Part shown: positions 50,918 to 63,296 of the stretch, one piece after another
How the letters are laid out: each line of letters opens with the position of its first letter
How positions within the stretch are numbered: the first letter of the stretch is position 1
Origin: Lingula anatina
Lineage: Eukaryota > Animalia > Brachiopoda
Direction: 5' to 3'
NCBI GenBank assembly: GCA_051362555.1
Contig: CM120646.1
Coordinates: 23,188,001-23,252,000, forward strand
DNA: 64,000 nucleotides
The notes under the pieces: generated by a model
The model's database searches: none
Told to the model about the DNA's origin: nothing
Seen by the model: only the letters and a program-made list of their open reading frames with translations
Translations under genes and position numbers: made by a program

Positions 50918-50962
50918 CTGGTAAATAGAGGATATATCTTAGATTTGTTAAACCTGATATCA

Positions 50963-51258
50963 CCAGGCTTACCCAACTACCAAACTCAGCACCAACTGAT
51001 CCCAAATTCACCTGTAGATTGGACCACCATGCCCGTTTTCAAGGTGTGCGTCAGCATCATACCCCAAATTTTGAGTGGTGATACGATACTTTCCAACCCT
51101 GCTAAGTCTCATCACTATCACATTGCGTGCAAGACATGCGCAAGAACGGTGTCTGATACCTCGAAGCGCACACTGACGCTCACCTTGAAAATGGGTAGTT
51201 TGGTCCGATCTACCGATGAATTCAGAATCATTCCGAGTCTGGTAGTTGGGTAGGCCTG
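50963..51258. mobile_element. MITE-like element of about 296 bp filling most of the last NLR intron
   Basis: TIRs caggcttacccaactaccaaactc / gagtctggtagttgggtaggcctg; no TSD found. Confidence 0.7.
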
Positions 51259-51263
51259 CTTAC

Positions 51264-51284
51264 GGACTGAAACGGAACGTGTAA
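51264..51284 (-). CDS. Candidate 21-nt NLR microexon (LHVPFQS)
   Basis: ttcccacctccag| and |gtaagc on the minus strand, phase 0-0. Confidence 0.5.
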
Positions 51285-52335
51285 CTGGAGGTGGGAATCA
51301 TATCTTTCATTTGCACCTTGTACTTACAGACTTGACATTTAATATGGGATATTTCAGTTTTATATGTATGTCTAGGTAAAAATGCGTTTTTTTTTCAAAA
51401 TGCTCAGATCTCACATAAGATATCTGACTGAAGAAGTATGAAGTCAGGAGGGTCGCTACCAATTAACTGACTACCAAGTCTTTTGCACTGCTGCATTGTG
51501 TAATATGCGGTGATATAATTGGGTAGTGCTCCTTTTGACTGGTCAAAGCTTGGCTTTAATGAAGCATGGCTCTGTCAAAAAAGTATCCATATGTCGGCAA
51601 CTACTGTATCGAAGAATTTAAAATTTTGCATGCAAGCGGTTGGGTTTTCAGTGCGTAAAATGAGTTGAGCAGTGTATAATGAAATTGTTAAACTTAGCCA
51701 GAATGGCGCGGAAAAGACAGACATTGCCACCCAGATTATTGTGTCAAACGGAATGGTCTGCAGAGTTTTATAGAGTTATGACCAGACTGATGCACCTACA
51801 CAGAGACCACGCCCAATGTATCGACATCTTACCACCAGGGTACAGGACTCACTCTCCTTCAGGATATGCTGCTGCAATTGAACCAAAACCACCCAGTCTG
51901 TTTTGAATGAAGGGCAAATTGTAACCAAAACGCGTTTTTCTAGGCTCTTAGCGAACACCAAAATGGTTTCGGGAGGTTAGAATATCAGCCGACCTTTGAG
52001 AAAGCCACTGTTATAAGAAAAACAGCGTAGTCTGTTTCTCTAATGAATTGGGGACCATGACCGTTTCTGGGTAGAACACTGAAACTGCGTGGCTTTTTTT
52101 ATTGAGGTCAGATTTCACCCGTACCGCTAAACTGGTCATAACAGAGTTTACAGACATCCTGAAGAGGCCTGCGACAAGGCGTGTGCCACTCCTTAAGTGA
52201 CTAGGCTCATTGACAGCGTCACTATTTGGATTGGATACCACATTGGTGCCAAAACACTAATGGAAGTCATCAATGAAAACCTGAACAAGATCAAGGCAAG
52301 AGACACTCTGTGAACCACTTGACCATCATTTGATA

Positions 52336-55300
52336 AGAGCGCTGAAGTTAGTGTCTAGTTTCTAGTTTCCAGTTTCGTTTTTCAAAAACGAACCTGGCAA
52401 CCAGAAACTAGTGTCGTTTTTCAAAAACGAACCTGGCAACCAGAAACTAGTGTCGTTTCTCAAAAACGATTCTGGCATCCAGAAACTAGTGTCGTTTTTC
52501 GAAAAACGATTCTGGCAACCAGAAACTAGTGTCGTTTTTCAAAAACGATTCTGAGAAGCCAGAATCGTTTTTGCGGAGAGAAACAAGGGTGGGCAGAGGG
52601 AGAGGCAACCAGCGGTTAGCGTGTACCGCGATTAGGTAACCCTCACCACGAAAGCCGGGCAGGGTTTTACCGTCTCTCCTCGACGTGCGCTGAGACCGAG
52701 ACGGTCGCCGATTATTGCCTACGGGGTACGGGCAACCCTCATCGCAGAAGCTTGACAGGGTGTTTACAGTGTTACGGTCTTTCCTTGCCGCGCTGGGAGG
52801 CCGAGTTGACCGCCGCTACCAGTCACAGGCAGCCTGCACAGTGGAAGCCGGAAATGGAGTTTAAGTGGGGGGTGGGGGTGGGGGTGGGGGAATAAGGGTT
52901 AGGTTGAAGAGGGGAAAGGGGCCCCCGGGGCCTCCCTTCGTAGTTTGAAGTATGATTTTTAATTTTATTGAATTTTTGAAAAACGATTCTGATGCCAAGA
53001 AACCAGTGTCGTTTTTTGAAAAACGATTCTGGCAACCAGAAACCAGTGTCGTTTTTGAAAAACGATTCTGGCAACCAGAAACTAGTGTCGTTTTTCAAAA
53101 ACGATTCTGAGAAGCCAGAATCGTTTTTACGGAGAGAAACAGGGGTGGGCAGAGGGAGAGGCAAGTTTAAGTGGGGATGGGGGTGGGGGAATAAGGGTGA
53201 GTTGAAGAGGGGGAAAGGGGCCACGGGGCCTCCCTTTGTAGTTTGAAGTGTAATTTTTAATTTTATTGAATTTTTCAAAAACGATTCTGATGCCCAGAGA
53301 CCAGTGTCGTTTTTTGAAAAACGATTCTGGCATCCAGAAACCAGTGTCGTTTTTTGAAAACGATTCTGGCAACCAGAAACTAGTGTCGTTTTTCAAAAAC
53401 GATTCTGAGAAGCCAGAATCGTTTTTGCAGAGAGAAACAGGGGTGGGCAGAGGGAGAGGCAAGTTTAAATGGGGGTGGGGGTGGGGGAATAAGGGTGAGT
53501 TGAAGAGGGGGAAGGGGCCACGGGGCCTCCCTTTGTAGTTTGAAGTGTAATTTTTAATTTTATTGAATTTTTCAAAAACGATTCTGATGCCCAGAGACCA
53601 GTGTCGTTTTTTGAAAAACGATTCTGGCATCCAGAAACCAGTGTCGTTTTTTGAAAACGATTCTGGCAACCAGAAACTAGTGTCGTTTTTCAAAAACGAT
53701 TCTGAGAAGCCAGAATCGTTTTTGCAGAGAGAAACAGGGGTGGGCAGAGGGAGAGGCAAGTTTAAGTGGGGGTGGGGGTGGGGGAATAAGGGTGAGTTGA
53801 AGAGGGGGAAGGGGCCACGGGGCCTCCCTTTGTAGTTTGAAGTGTAATTTTTAATTTTATTGAATTTTTCAAAAACGATTCTGATGCCCAGAGACCAGTG
53901 TCGTTTTTTTGAAAAACGATTCTGGCATCCAGAGACCAGTGTCGTTTTTTGAAAAACGATTCTGGCAACCAGAAACTAGTGTCGTTTTTGAAAAACGGTT
54001 CTGAGGAGCCAGAAATGTTTTTGCCGAGAGATACAGGGGTGGGCAGAGGGAGAAGCTAGCAGCGGTGAGCGTTTACCGCGACTAGATAACCCTCACCGCG
54101 AAAGCTGGGCAGACTCTTACGGTCTCTCCTCCACGTGCGCTGAGACCGATACGGTCGCCGATTATTGCCTTCAGCGTACAGGTAGCCTTCGCAGAGGAAG
54201 CTGTGCTGAATATAACGCCTGTCTCGCTCGTGTGGCCGCTGATCTGCATCAGCGCCGTACAGGCAGCTTTCACCGCGTAGGTATTCAGGGAGTTACACTT
54301 TTTTTTCTCGCCGTGCGGTGAGGACCAGATGATCGGCCGCCTTAACAGGCCGCCTTCACAGCGTAAGCCGTGAACGTTGGGCGGATGAGAGGAAAAAGGG
54401 GGGAGGGCCCTCAGGCTCACTCTTTGTAGTTAGAGGTATAGTTTTTAATTTTATTGAATAATAATAATAATAAAACGATTCTGGCAATCGGAAATCAGTG
54501 TCGTTTTTTTTTTCTTTGAAAACGATTCTGAGAAGCCAGAATCTTTTTTGCTGAGAGAAACAGGGGTGGACGTAGGGAGAGGAAACTGGCAATGCATTAG
54601 TGTCTACCGCGACCAGGTAAACCTCCCTGCGTATCTGGGCAGGGTGATACGCTCTCTCGAGACGTCCGCCGATCGATGTCTAGCTGCGGTGCACAGATCG
54701 ACTTCACCGCATCATCGATAGACATCGATCGGCGGACGTCTCGAGAGAGCGTAACACCTTGCCCGGATACGCAGGGAGGTTTACCTGATCGCAGTAGACA
54801 CTAATGCCTTGCCAGTTGCCTCTCCCTACGTCCACCCCTGTTTCTCTCAGCAAAAACGTTTCTGGCTTCTCGGCATCGTTTTCAAAAAAAAAAAAAAAAA
54901 AAAACCACTGCTTGAGGGCCCTTCCCCTTCTTCCTCTCATCCGCCCACTGTTCACGGCCGCGGCTTACGCTGTGAAGGCGACCTGTGAAAGCCGCCGGTC
55001 ATCTAGTCCTCACCGCACGGCGACAAAAAAAAAAAAATAAAATAAAATAAATAAATAAAAATAAATAAATAAATAACGTAACTCCCTGAATACCTACGCG
55101 GTGAAAGCTGCCTGTGCGCGAGCGAGAGAAGCGGTATATTCAGCACAGCTTCCTCGGTGAAGGCTACCTGTACGATGTAGGCAATAATCGGCGACCGTCT
55201 CGGTCTCAGCGCACGTCGAGGAGAGACCGTAAGATCCTGCCCAGCTTTCGCGTTGAGGGTTATCTAGTCGCGGTATACGCTCACCGCTGCTTGCTTCTCC

Positions 55301-56138
55301 CTCCGTCCACCCATGTTTCTCTCCGCAAAAACGATTCTGGCTTCTCAGAATCGTTTTTGAAAAACGACACTGGTTTCTGGTTGCCAGAATCGTTTTTCAA
55401 AAAACGACACTGGTTTCTGGGCATCAGAATCGTTTTTGAAAAATTCAATAAAATTAAAAATTATATCTCAAACTACGAAGGGAGGCACCGGGGGCCCCTT
55501 TCCCCTCTTCAACCTCACCCTTATTCCCCCACCCCTACCCCCACCCCCCACTTAAATTCCATTCCCGGCTTCCACTGTGCAGGCTGCCTGTGACTGGTAG
55601 CGGCGGTCAACTCAGCCTCCCAGCGCGGCGAGGAAAGACCGTAACACTGTAAACACGCTGTCAAGCTTCTGCGATGAGAGTTGCCCGTACCCCGTAGGCA
55701 ATAATCGGCACGTCGACGAGAGACGGTAAAACCCTGCCCGGCTTTCGCGGTGAGGGTTACCTAGTCGCGGTACACGCACACCGCTTGTTGCCTCTCCTTC
55801 TGCCCACCCCTGTTTCTTTCCGCAAAAACGATTCTGGCTTCCCAGAATCGTTTTTGAAAAACGACACTAGTTTCTGGATGCCAGAACCGTTTTTTGAAAA
55901 ACGACACTGGTTTCTGGTTGCCAGAATCGTTTTTGAAAAACGACACTAGTTTCTGGTTGCCAGAATCGTTTTTGAAAAACGACACTAGTATCTGGTTGCC
56001 AGGTTCGTTTTTGAAAAACGACACTAGTTTCTGGTTGCCAGGTTCGTTTTTGAAAAACGACACTAGTTTCTGGTTGCCAGGTTCGTTTTTGAAAAACGAC
56101 ACTGGAAACTAGAAACTAGACACTAACTTCATCGCTCT
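52336..56138. mobile_element. 3.8-kb foldback (Mutator/FB-like) element, almost entirely palindromic, with internal 39-bp and 297-bp tandem repeats
   Basis: Ends agagcgctgaagttagtgtctagtttctagtttccagt / actggaaactagaaactagacactaacttcatcgctct; exact 9-bp TSD catttgata (52327-52335, 56139-56147); symmetry centre near 54700. Confidence 0.92.
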
Positions 56139-57795
56139 CATTTGATAGGGGGCACCTTAGAAACAATTTTAGGTTGCACGATGTGATTGCCGGCTCATAC
56201 ACAGCACTTTGAAAAGCAGATAACTTACAGAACCAAGAGAATGAGCAGCTACCTTAGTAATCAAAATCGCTATATTTGAACCACATAAACAACACGTAGG
56301 TAGGTCATTACTCGTCGAATCAGCGGTCTGCATGTTCTACAACAAAACTGAACCAAATTGGGCAAGTTTTAACCGTTGCCCGGAATTGTATTCCAGTTTA
56401 AACCCTAAAATCCTATCTTAAGGAATGCCTTGCCGCTTAAAAGCTCTGGTAGCAGCAAGATGAGGTCCTGCGTAACAGCGACCGTTGCTGTGACTAGACA
56501 CTAACAGGAGGGTCTTTTGTGGGTCGTGTAACTCTTATAAATACGATAATTTGGAAAATATAGAGACCCAAAATATCGCTTTCAATGGTTGTCGTATGAC
56601 TTAGAATAGGCAGTGTATTTTTGTTTGCTTCACTGACGAATTCAATTAATGAACTGATGTCACAATGACATCGGACAGATTATCAAAAGTTTTTAAAACA
56701 CGATTTTAATCCTTATTTTTATTTATCAGTCAGCAAATTAGGAAAAAAACTGATGAATTATGATTTGGAGAAAATATTCCATATTAAATGTCAAGTCTGT
56801 ATTTGAAATCAAAAGACTAAATATGTTGTTAAAAAAACTAAATACATTAAAAAAATTTGATAGAAACGTGTGTACAGAATAACAGAAATTAAATCCCTTT
56901 AATTTGAATAAAAAATAATTTGATATCATTTATTTGATAATAATAAAAATTAATATTATTAATAATAAATTTATGAATAAATAAATGAATGAATAAATCA
57001 ATATTGCAAAAGGTGGGTCAAGAGAAATCGGTACTTTGTGAATTTTATCTACTTTGTTAAGACGAAACAAATCATGTTACGAAAAAAAGTTTCACGGGTT
57101 GAATTAACTTATTAGGGCCGATGGAATAATTGAAACGTGTCTGGATTTAAAACTGTTATGTCAGATTTTAACAGGTGTCCCTCACCAGAAAAACTTACAA
57201 AAACGTCAAATAAATGAAAAAGTAACACAACCCGGTGGCATAAAATTTTCCTTTACTTCGGTTTTTTATAGGTATGCAAACAAAACAATGACATTTAAAT
57301 GGGTTAACATCATGAAAAGGAGCTCAATTCAAAACAGCTTCATAACAAAACACTTTAAAACCACACTCTGTGGATCACACTCTCGTCATGAATCATGCTA
57401 ATTTATTTCATAAAATATATTATTTTTTACGGGGCCATGGCTACTATTTAGACACACTTATTTACAAAGGTGCAACGATAAACGTTATGTGTTGAAGTGG
57501 TGGCGAATAAAGCAACAAAAAGGAGATTTGTCTTCTTAAATTGTCTATTTCTATTGCATTAATATTACGATAAAATTTCTCAGTAAATGCATTTATAAAG
57601 TACCGATAGCCCTCAACATGAAAAGATCAGCTGTAACTCTAATTAAACTTATAAAATATATGATAGCACTCATAAGTGTACATGTTTATGGACGAAAAAT
57701 AAAAGTTACACATTTGCGTGTACAGCATTAAACTTTTTTGAATTATCAATGTCAAAATATTGAACACAATGCTGAGAGATATATTCTATATGTAC

Positions 57796-57836
57796 CTGAT
57801 AGGGAGTGCCTGGTGTTGTTCCATGGAGTTTGTTTG
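57796..57836 (-). CDS. NLR linker exon, 41 nt (ANKLHGTTPGTPYQ)
   Basis: cttttcttttacag| and CAG|gtacat; converts phase 1 to phase 0 as needed to reach the NACHT exon. Confidence 0.7.
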
Positions 57837-58257
57837 CTGTAAAAGAAAAGCAGTCTATTTAGAAAAAACGATGTCTTCACTGTTTATACAACATTGGTCA
57901 AAAAGGTTGTCCCACCCCCATTTCCATGTACTTTTATTTACAAATGATCACCTCATTGCTGTGAACTGTTAGAAATAGTGCTTTTTATTACAGATACCGT
58001 GTCTAAAATGATTAATGGTTAAAAAAAATACAAATTAGTGGTGAAAATATACATATTTTATACCATTTAGTAAAATTTATTAGAGGTACCCCCTCAAATC
58101 CACTGTTTCACTGTGACTTCTACAGATGTAAAGAAATGACTATTAGATTGAAAAGACGCCATCAAATGTCACCGAATTCGCACAAATTTGGCATTAAGGT
58201 GTGCTCGTTAAAGGTCACGTGCCTAACAGCGTGTGCGTCTACCGCGTTCTGCAATTA

Positions 58258-58322
58258 GGCCACACTTTTTAATTTTTATGGATGACATCCTCTGGGGACC
58301 CCAAAATCGGTGCGAGCGGGCG

Positions 58323-58353
<31 letters not shown>

Positions 58354-61048
58354 AGCCCCCCCCCAAAAAAAAAACTGCTTAAGAAAAGTTATGTTTTCAG
58401 TTCACAGCTGGAAACACTAATTTACTACAGAAACACGTATCAAACTAACAACATGTCTTTATCCATGCTCTCAAAATATTAAAGCATTGTGAATAGGGCC
58501 TACTTCGTAGAAAGGTAAAAAGTCATGAATATATATGCTGCATATCACCAAATCTATTTAAGGCCGGTGATAGTAAAAGGACCAAAGTCATAGAAACAAA
58601 GCCCTGGGCTTATAAGTTTTTATAAAAAATTAAAACAAACTTCCCAAAAGGCCAATTAAAGACGGGGATTAAGTACAGTGTCCAACGGATGACGCTCTGG
58701 CGCCAATTTGAGGGGAAAAATGCCGTTTTCGGTATTGGGATTTTCTCTATAACCAAGACAGCTATTCAAGTGATTCAAAAGGCCTCATAAAGCTGGGTGA
58801 AAGCACTTCAGCGCGGTACCAGGGAATTGTCTTAAACTATTTACTTTTGATTTTATCATCTTTTACGTTAAATTACCCCATATTTCAATGGCTTATTCAC
58901 TTCAAAAGGCGATATCTTTCAAACAAACAATTTTCTCTTAAACCCCTGATATCATGCTTTAGTCCACATTCCTAACAACAATAGGTGCAACTTTTGTAAC
59001 GATCGGTTGCTCAGATAGTGAGATATACTTGGCAGCGATTCACTTATCTCGTCAATATAGAAAGCTGTTAAAACAGCCAAAAACGTTCACAGGTTGGTTA
59101 ACAGGGCTTATTAGTCAAATGCTTAGCTGGCAAATTTACCTGTTATCGGTTATACGATCAGCTGGAACCATTGCTTATTGTCATCTAAAAATATTTTGTT
59201 TGGGTGCTTTGAAGGGGCAGAAAATCGTGCTTTTGTTACATTTTCCGACCACTCGTTAGGCATGTAAGCGTGCCGCCATTTTGATTAACAGCTCTGGAGA
59301 GGGCCCTAGCCTTGTGATGCCCAGTAGGGTGTCAAGGATATGTAGAAGGAAGCGCTAACAAAGGCGATTACGTTTAACCGCAATTAAGAGGTGTGAAGTT
59401 GCATTTGAACGTTTCAATGGCTCTTCCTCGGCAATCGAGTAATTTTACCTGAGAGATTCCTTCTTTGTTATCGGCAAAGTGATCAGATAAAACTGTGTCG
59501 AGAGCAAGTGTCCGTCACTTGTGTTGATACGAGTTTTTTGACGGGTAACGCTGCAGGATTATTTTGCACGGCACTTGGTAGTCGTCAGATCAACGGAAAA
59601 ATCCAGTGACTACTTCAGAGCGGTCTCGCTCAAAATGCCAGCTAAGATAAAGGGGAGACGCTCAGCTGCACAAGATTCAGCGGTAAAAGTGGCTGAGAGA
59701 AGGCTTTTGAATAAATATTTTATTTTTACACACATGACACTTAGACCTAATTTGCTTTTTACCTGCTAGCCTTGACTATTCTCGGGGTCTTTTTGTGATT
59801 TTCATTTTTGGACACTTGAACTCTTTCTTCCCGCTTGATCAGTGATTTTGAAATTGTTTTTCTCCAAATATCGCAAAATGCAAAGCCGCTAACATGCGTT
59901 TTTATTTTTATTGTTTTAATCATGCTGTCAACCTTTGCTTGGATTTCTCTTGTTTGGCCATTCAAATCACAATTTTTCGCGTGTCTCTCAAGCTCCATGA
60001 TATCATATCTTGGAGAATAAAATTTTATTTTGTCAACATTAGATTTACCTTTTGCAAACGGCGACCAACAATCATATCCGGTTTCGTAACGTGTCGCAGA
60101 TACGCTCGACGATATATATCGCAAAAATTAAAGGCTAGGCTAAAAGTATCCTTTTTTAGCTTTTTTTATTTATGTTTTTATCGATTTTTCTTTCATTTGT
60201 CAATTAATTTAGACGTTTCGATTAACTCTTTCACCCATTTATTAGGTATACAGAAATCAGTCATCCGACTGAACAAATAGGGCCGGTTTTCCCCAACCGC
60301 CACGCATAGGCCTTACTCTCAAAATTTTCCTTCTTTCCTCTGGAAAGGGACTTTTAACACGAACTTTTCTCTTCCCCATAGTGTACTAGCTAGACTTCTT
60401 CGCTGCTAAGCTGATGTAAGACTTATGACCTATTACCGCACACGTAATCGGCTTATAACTCATTAACTGTGCTCCGACCCCCTCATGGCAACGGCCCTTA
60501 GTAACAGAGGCGTGGCTTAGTTGTCAGCCTGACTGGGGCGCGTGCCGGTTGAAAAACTCATCAAAAGACGCATTTTGCGATGCAAATTCATAAAAATTAT
60601 TACATCCAACGTTAGATACTTTTTTGATTAATATAAACACACAAAAAACTCAAAAACACGATTTTAAGCGTATTTAACCCTATCACCGACCTTAAGGTTA
60701 TTTCATGCATTCTGTTGGTATAGCAATCAATAACACAAATATCAAATAAACAGCGTGTCTTTATTTGTACTCTCAGAAAATTAAAGCATTGTGAACACTT
60801 CACAGAATTGTTAAAAGAAATAAAGCAAAGATAGGGCTATGCTTCCTACGCCTATGCGTCCGCAGTCGACAATGACAGTATGGAGCTTGCGGAATTAGCC
60901 AAGGATTGCCGATTGCATTTTCTGGCAAATTCAATAACGATGTTTGCGACAACCGACTTCCCTGGGGGGGAATTTTTTTTTGGGGGGAGAACGGACGAAA
61001 ATCGGTGCGCGCGCAGGATGTCATCCATAAAAATAAAAAAGTGTGGCC
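58258..61048. mobile_element. Non-autonomous DNA transposon with TTA TSD (Harbinger- or Zator-like) inserted in the Tc1 left arm
   Basis: TIRs ggccacactttttaatttttatggatgacatcct / aggatgtcatccataaaaataaaaaagtgtggcc; TTA on both sides; Tc1 arm homology resumes exactly after it. Confidence 0.88.
58562..60691. mobile_element. Kolobok-like non-autonomous element (TTAA TSD) nested in the previous element
   Basis: TTAA|ggccggtgatag ... ctatcaccgacc|TTAA; short TIR with GG..CC ends; no coding remnant recognised. Confidence 0.7.
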
Positions 61049-61420
61049 TTATCTCCTGTAGAAGGCATGACAAGCCTTCAACACGGGTAACGATTCTGTT
61101 TTGTGGGATGTTGTCCCATTCTTCTTAAACAAGTTGGGGGAGTTGGTCCACGTTTTATGGGGTTGGTTTTCCTTTGCATTGCACACTCCAATTCATGTCA
61201 CAGTTGATTAGTAAGTTTAATATCAGGGCTCAAAGATGGTGGTTCCATCCTTAGAGCATTGTGTTTCTTTAAGAAGCACTTGCTAGTCGAGAGGTGTGAG
61301 CAAGTTTGCAGTCATTATGGAGCCTGGAGTGAACCCCAGAGTCAGTTCTTGAAAATGGAATGAGATATCAGCTGAGAATGCTACGTTCAGTGATCCCACA
61401 GGCACCTGAACCTGTCCATC

Positions 61421-62012
61421 CATCACTGGCAGGAAGTCGGTTTTGCTGCAGAATCAAACCTTTCTTGTATCCCATCGATGGTCAAATGAGGGTCCACAGA
61501 AATGTTAAAAAATGCCTTTTTTGAAGGGTGTGTGTAAGATAATTTCGCCTGAGGTGTTAGATCAGTTCGCATTTGGAGAACATTCCAAGCCCATGGTCCT
61601 AGTACATTGTTCCTTTTGGAACTAAACGTAACAGGGGTATTTTATTGTAACATTCTCAACAGAAATCTCACTCCATTTGAAAGAGGTGACCTCAGGGATG
61701 CTACTGGCTTCATTGTGACAACGCACTTGCTCACACCTCTCGTCTGTCCAGAGATTTGTTGCAGAAACACAGGGCTCTGAGGATGGGACAACCGTCTTTG
61801 AGCCCTGATATTAATCCCCCTGAGCACCTGTGGCATTAATTGGAATGTGCATAGCAGGGGACCAATTCCCCAATAATCTTGACCAATTCCGCTACGCTCT
61901 TTAGGACGAATGGGACAATATCCCACATAACAGAATTGTTACCCGTGTTGTGCGCTTGTCGCGCCGTCTACAGGAGATAATTGCAGTACGCGGTAGACGC
62001 ACACGCTGTTAG
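61421..62012 (+). pseudogene. Degenerate Tc1-family DDE transposase (catalytic and C-terminal part)
   Basis: HHWQEVGFAAES (cf. W..V.FSDES), DGQMRVHR, HCDNALAHTSR (cf. QDNAP.H), SPDINPPEHLW (cf. SPDLNPIEHLW), DEWDNIP...SRRLQEIIAVRGRRTRC; internal stop codons. Confidence 0.88.
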
Positions 62013-62776
62013 GCACGTGACCTTTAACGAGCACACCTTAATGATAATTTTGTTCGAATTCGGTGACATTTGATGGCGTCTTTTCAATCTAATAGTCATT
62101 TCTTTACATCTGTAGAAGTCACAGTGAAACAGTGGATTTGAGAGGGTACCTCTAATAAATTTTACTAAATGGTATAAAATATGTATATTTTCACCACTAC
62201 TTTGTATTATTTTTAACCATTAGTCATGTTAGACACGGTATCTGCTATAAAAAATCTCTATCTAACAATTTACAGCTGTGAGGTGATTATCTGTAAATAA
62301 AAGTACATGGAAATGGGGGTGGGGCAACCTTTTTGACCAATGTTGCATACCCACCACGAAAGCATACGTGTATGTTTGATGACACCTTTTAAACAAGTCA
62401 AATGATTATGAGAAAATCGTTCAAACTGTCCTACATTGTTCACGCAGTTTCTATTTGTGGCTGGTGTTTTCTGATAGAAGTGCAGGTAGTAGAGAAAAAA
62501 CATTTTCAACCCAAAATCTCATAATCTGAGCTCCAGTCAATCAATTTGTATGTGGGAAAAATTATATGTAGGTTAATATACATGCAGCTACTATACAGCA
62601 GATCATTATAAACGTTATTCCAACGTAGTACTTAAGTAGTTAAAACAGATTTTTTTAAAGTTTACGCTCATAGTTTTTGTCCATGGACTTAATATTTTAT
62701 TTTCTGCCATTCATATTTTGTTGAATATATAGCGCACAATACTGTGGAAATAGTTGTCAGATCTAGAGTATATCAC

Positions 62777-62815
62777 CATTCACAGTGATTTTTGGTGCGT
62801 CTTTCCTTCCTTTAT
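62777..62815 (-). CDS. NLR linker exon, 39 nt (HKGRKDAPKITVN)
   Basis: tctcctactccctgtaccag| and ATG|gtgata, phase 1-1, open. Confidence 0.55.
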
Positions 62816-62924
62816 CTGGTACAGGGAGTAGGAGAGAATTCTAAATCTGCCGTTTTGATTTGTAAAGAAAAGTGACACCTCAAATCAATGCAATACAGCT
62901 GACTGTAAAAACTATAATACTCAC

Positions 62925-62993
62925 GATCTGCAGTTTTTTCAACTTGCTTCTTCTCTGGTACATGGACGTGGAGAACTGGCACCGCTTCTGACC
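62925..62993 (-). CDS. NLR linker exon, 69 nt (GSEAVPVLHVHVPEKKQVEKTAD)
   Basis: cattcag| and |gtgagt, phase 1-1. Confidence 0.7.
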
Positions 62994-63296
62994 CTGAATG
63001 CAATGGAATGTTTAAAATCCCAGAAACATTCGTAACAATTTTAAAACTGTTGTTATGCTTAAAGCGAAACAGACATTGCACATGTAGTGATTAATAACCG
63101 CCATGTAAGTCAAGTCTAGAAAGGCTTTATACCTATGAGAAAAGAAAGTCACACTTGGAAGAAGAATGACTTGGTTATAATGAGAAAAAAAAAAACTCCA
63201 ATTACACATGTGTTTTATTTGATAACGACATTTAATTGTAGATTAATTTACCTAGATTGAGGAAGACATGAAGGTATAAAAGAAGAAAGTACATAC

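Larger units (their letters stand above)
57889..62345. mobile_element. Tc1/mariner-derived element with inverted arms of about 660 bp, interrupted by nested insertions
   Basis: 57889-58257 plus 61052-61343 is the reverse complement of about 61688-62345; ends TA|caacattggtcaaaaaggttg and caacctttttgaccaatgttg|CA. Confidence 0.85.

Noticed and set aside
52380-54010. CRISPR-like look of palindromic repeats
   Set aside because: No unique spacers, no cas genes, eukaryotic context, and enclosed by TIRs with a TSD
52823-56112. ORFs with NDTSFWLPESFLK / KNDSGNQKLVSFF repeats
   Set aside because: By-products of the 39-bp repeat, appearing on both strands of a palindrome
57057-57539. Possible TTAA-flanked MITE (ttaagacgaaacaaatc / gatttgtcttcttaa)
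   Set aside because: Terminal match too short and gapped to call
62351-62470. Additional minus-strand NLR exon candidate with a good acceptor
   Set aside because: Stop codon in phase 1; the frame closes without it
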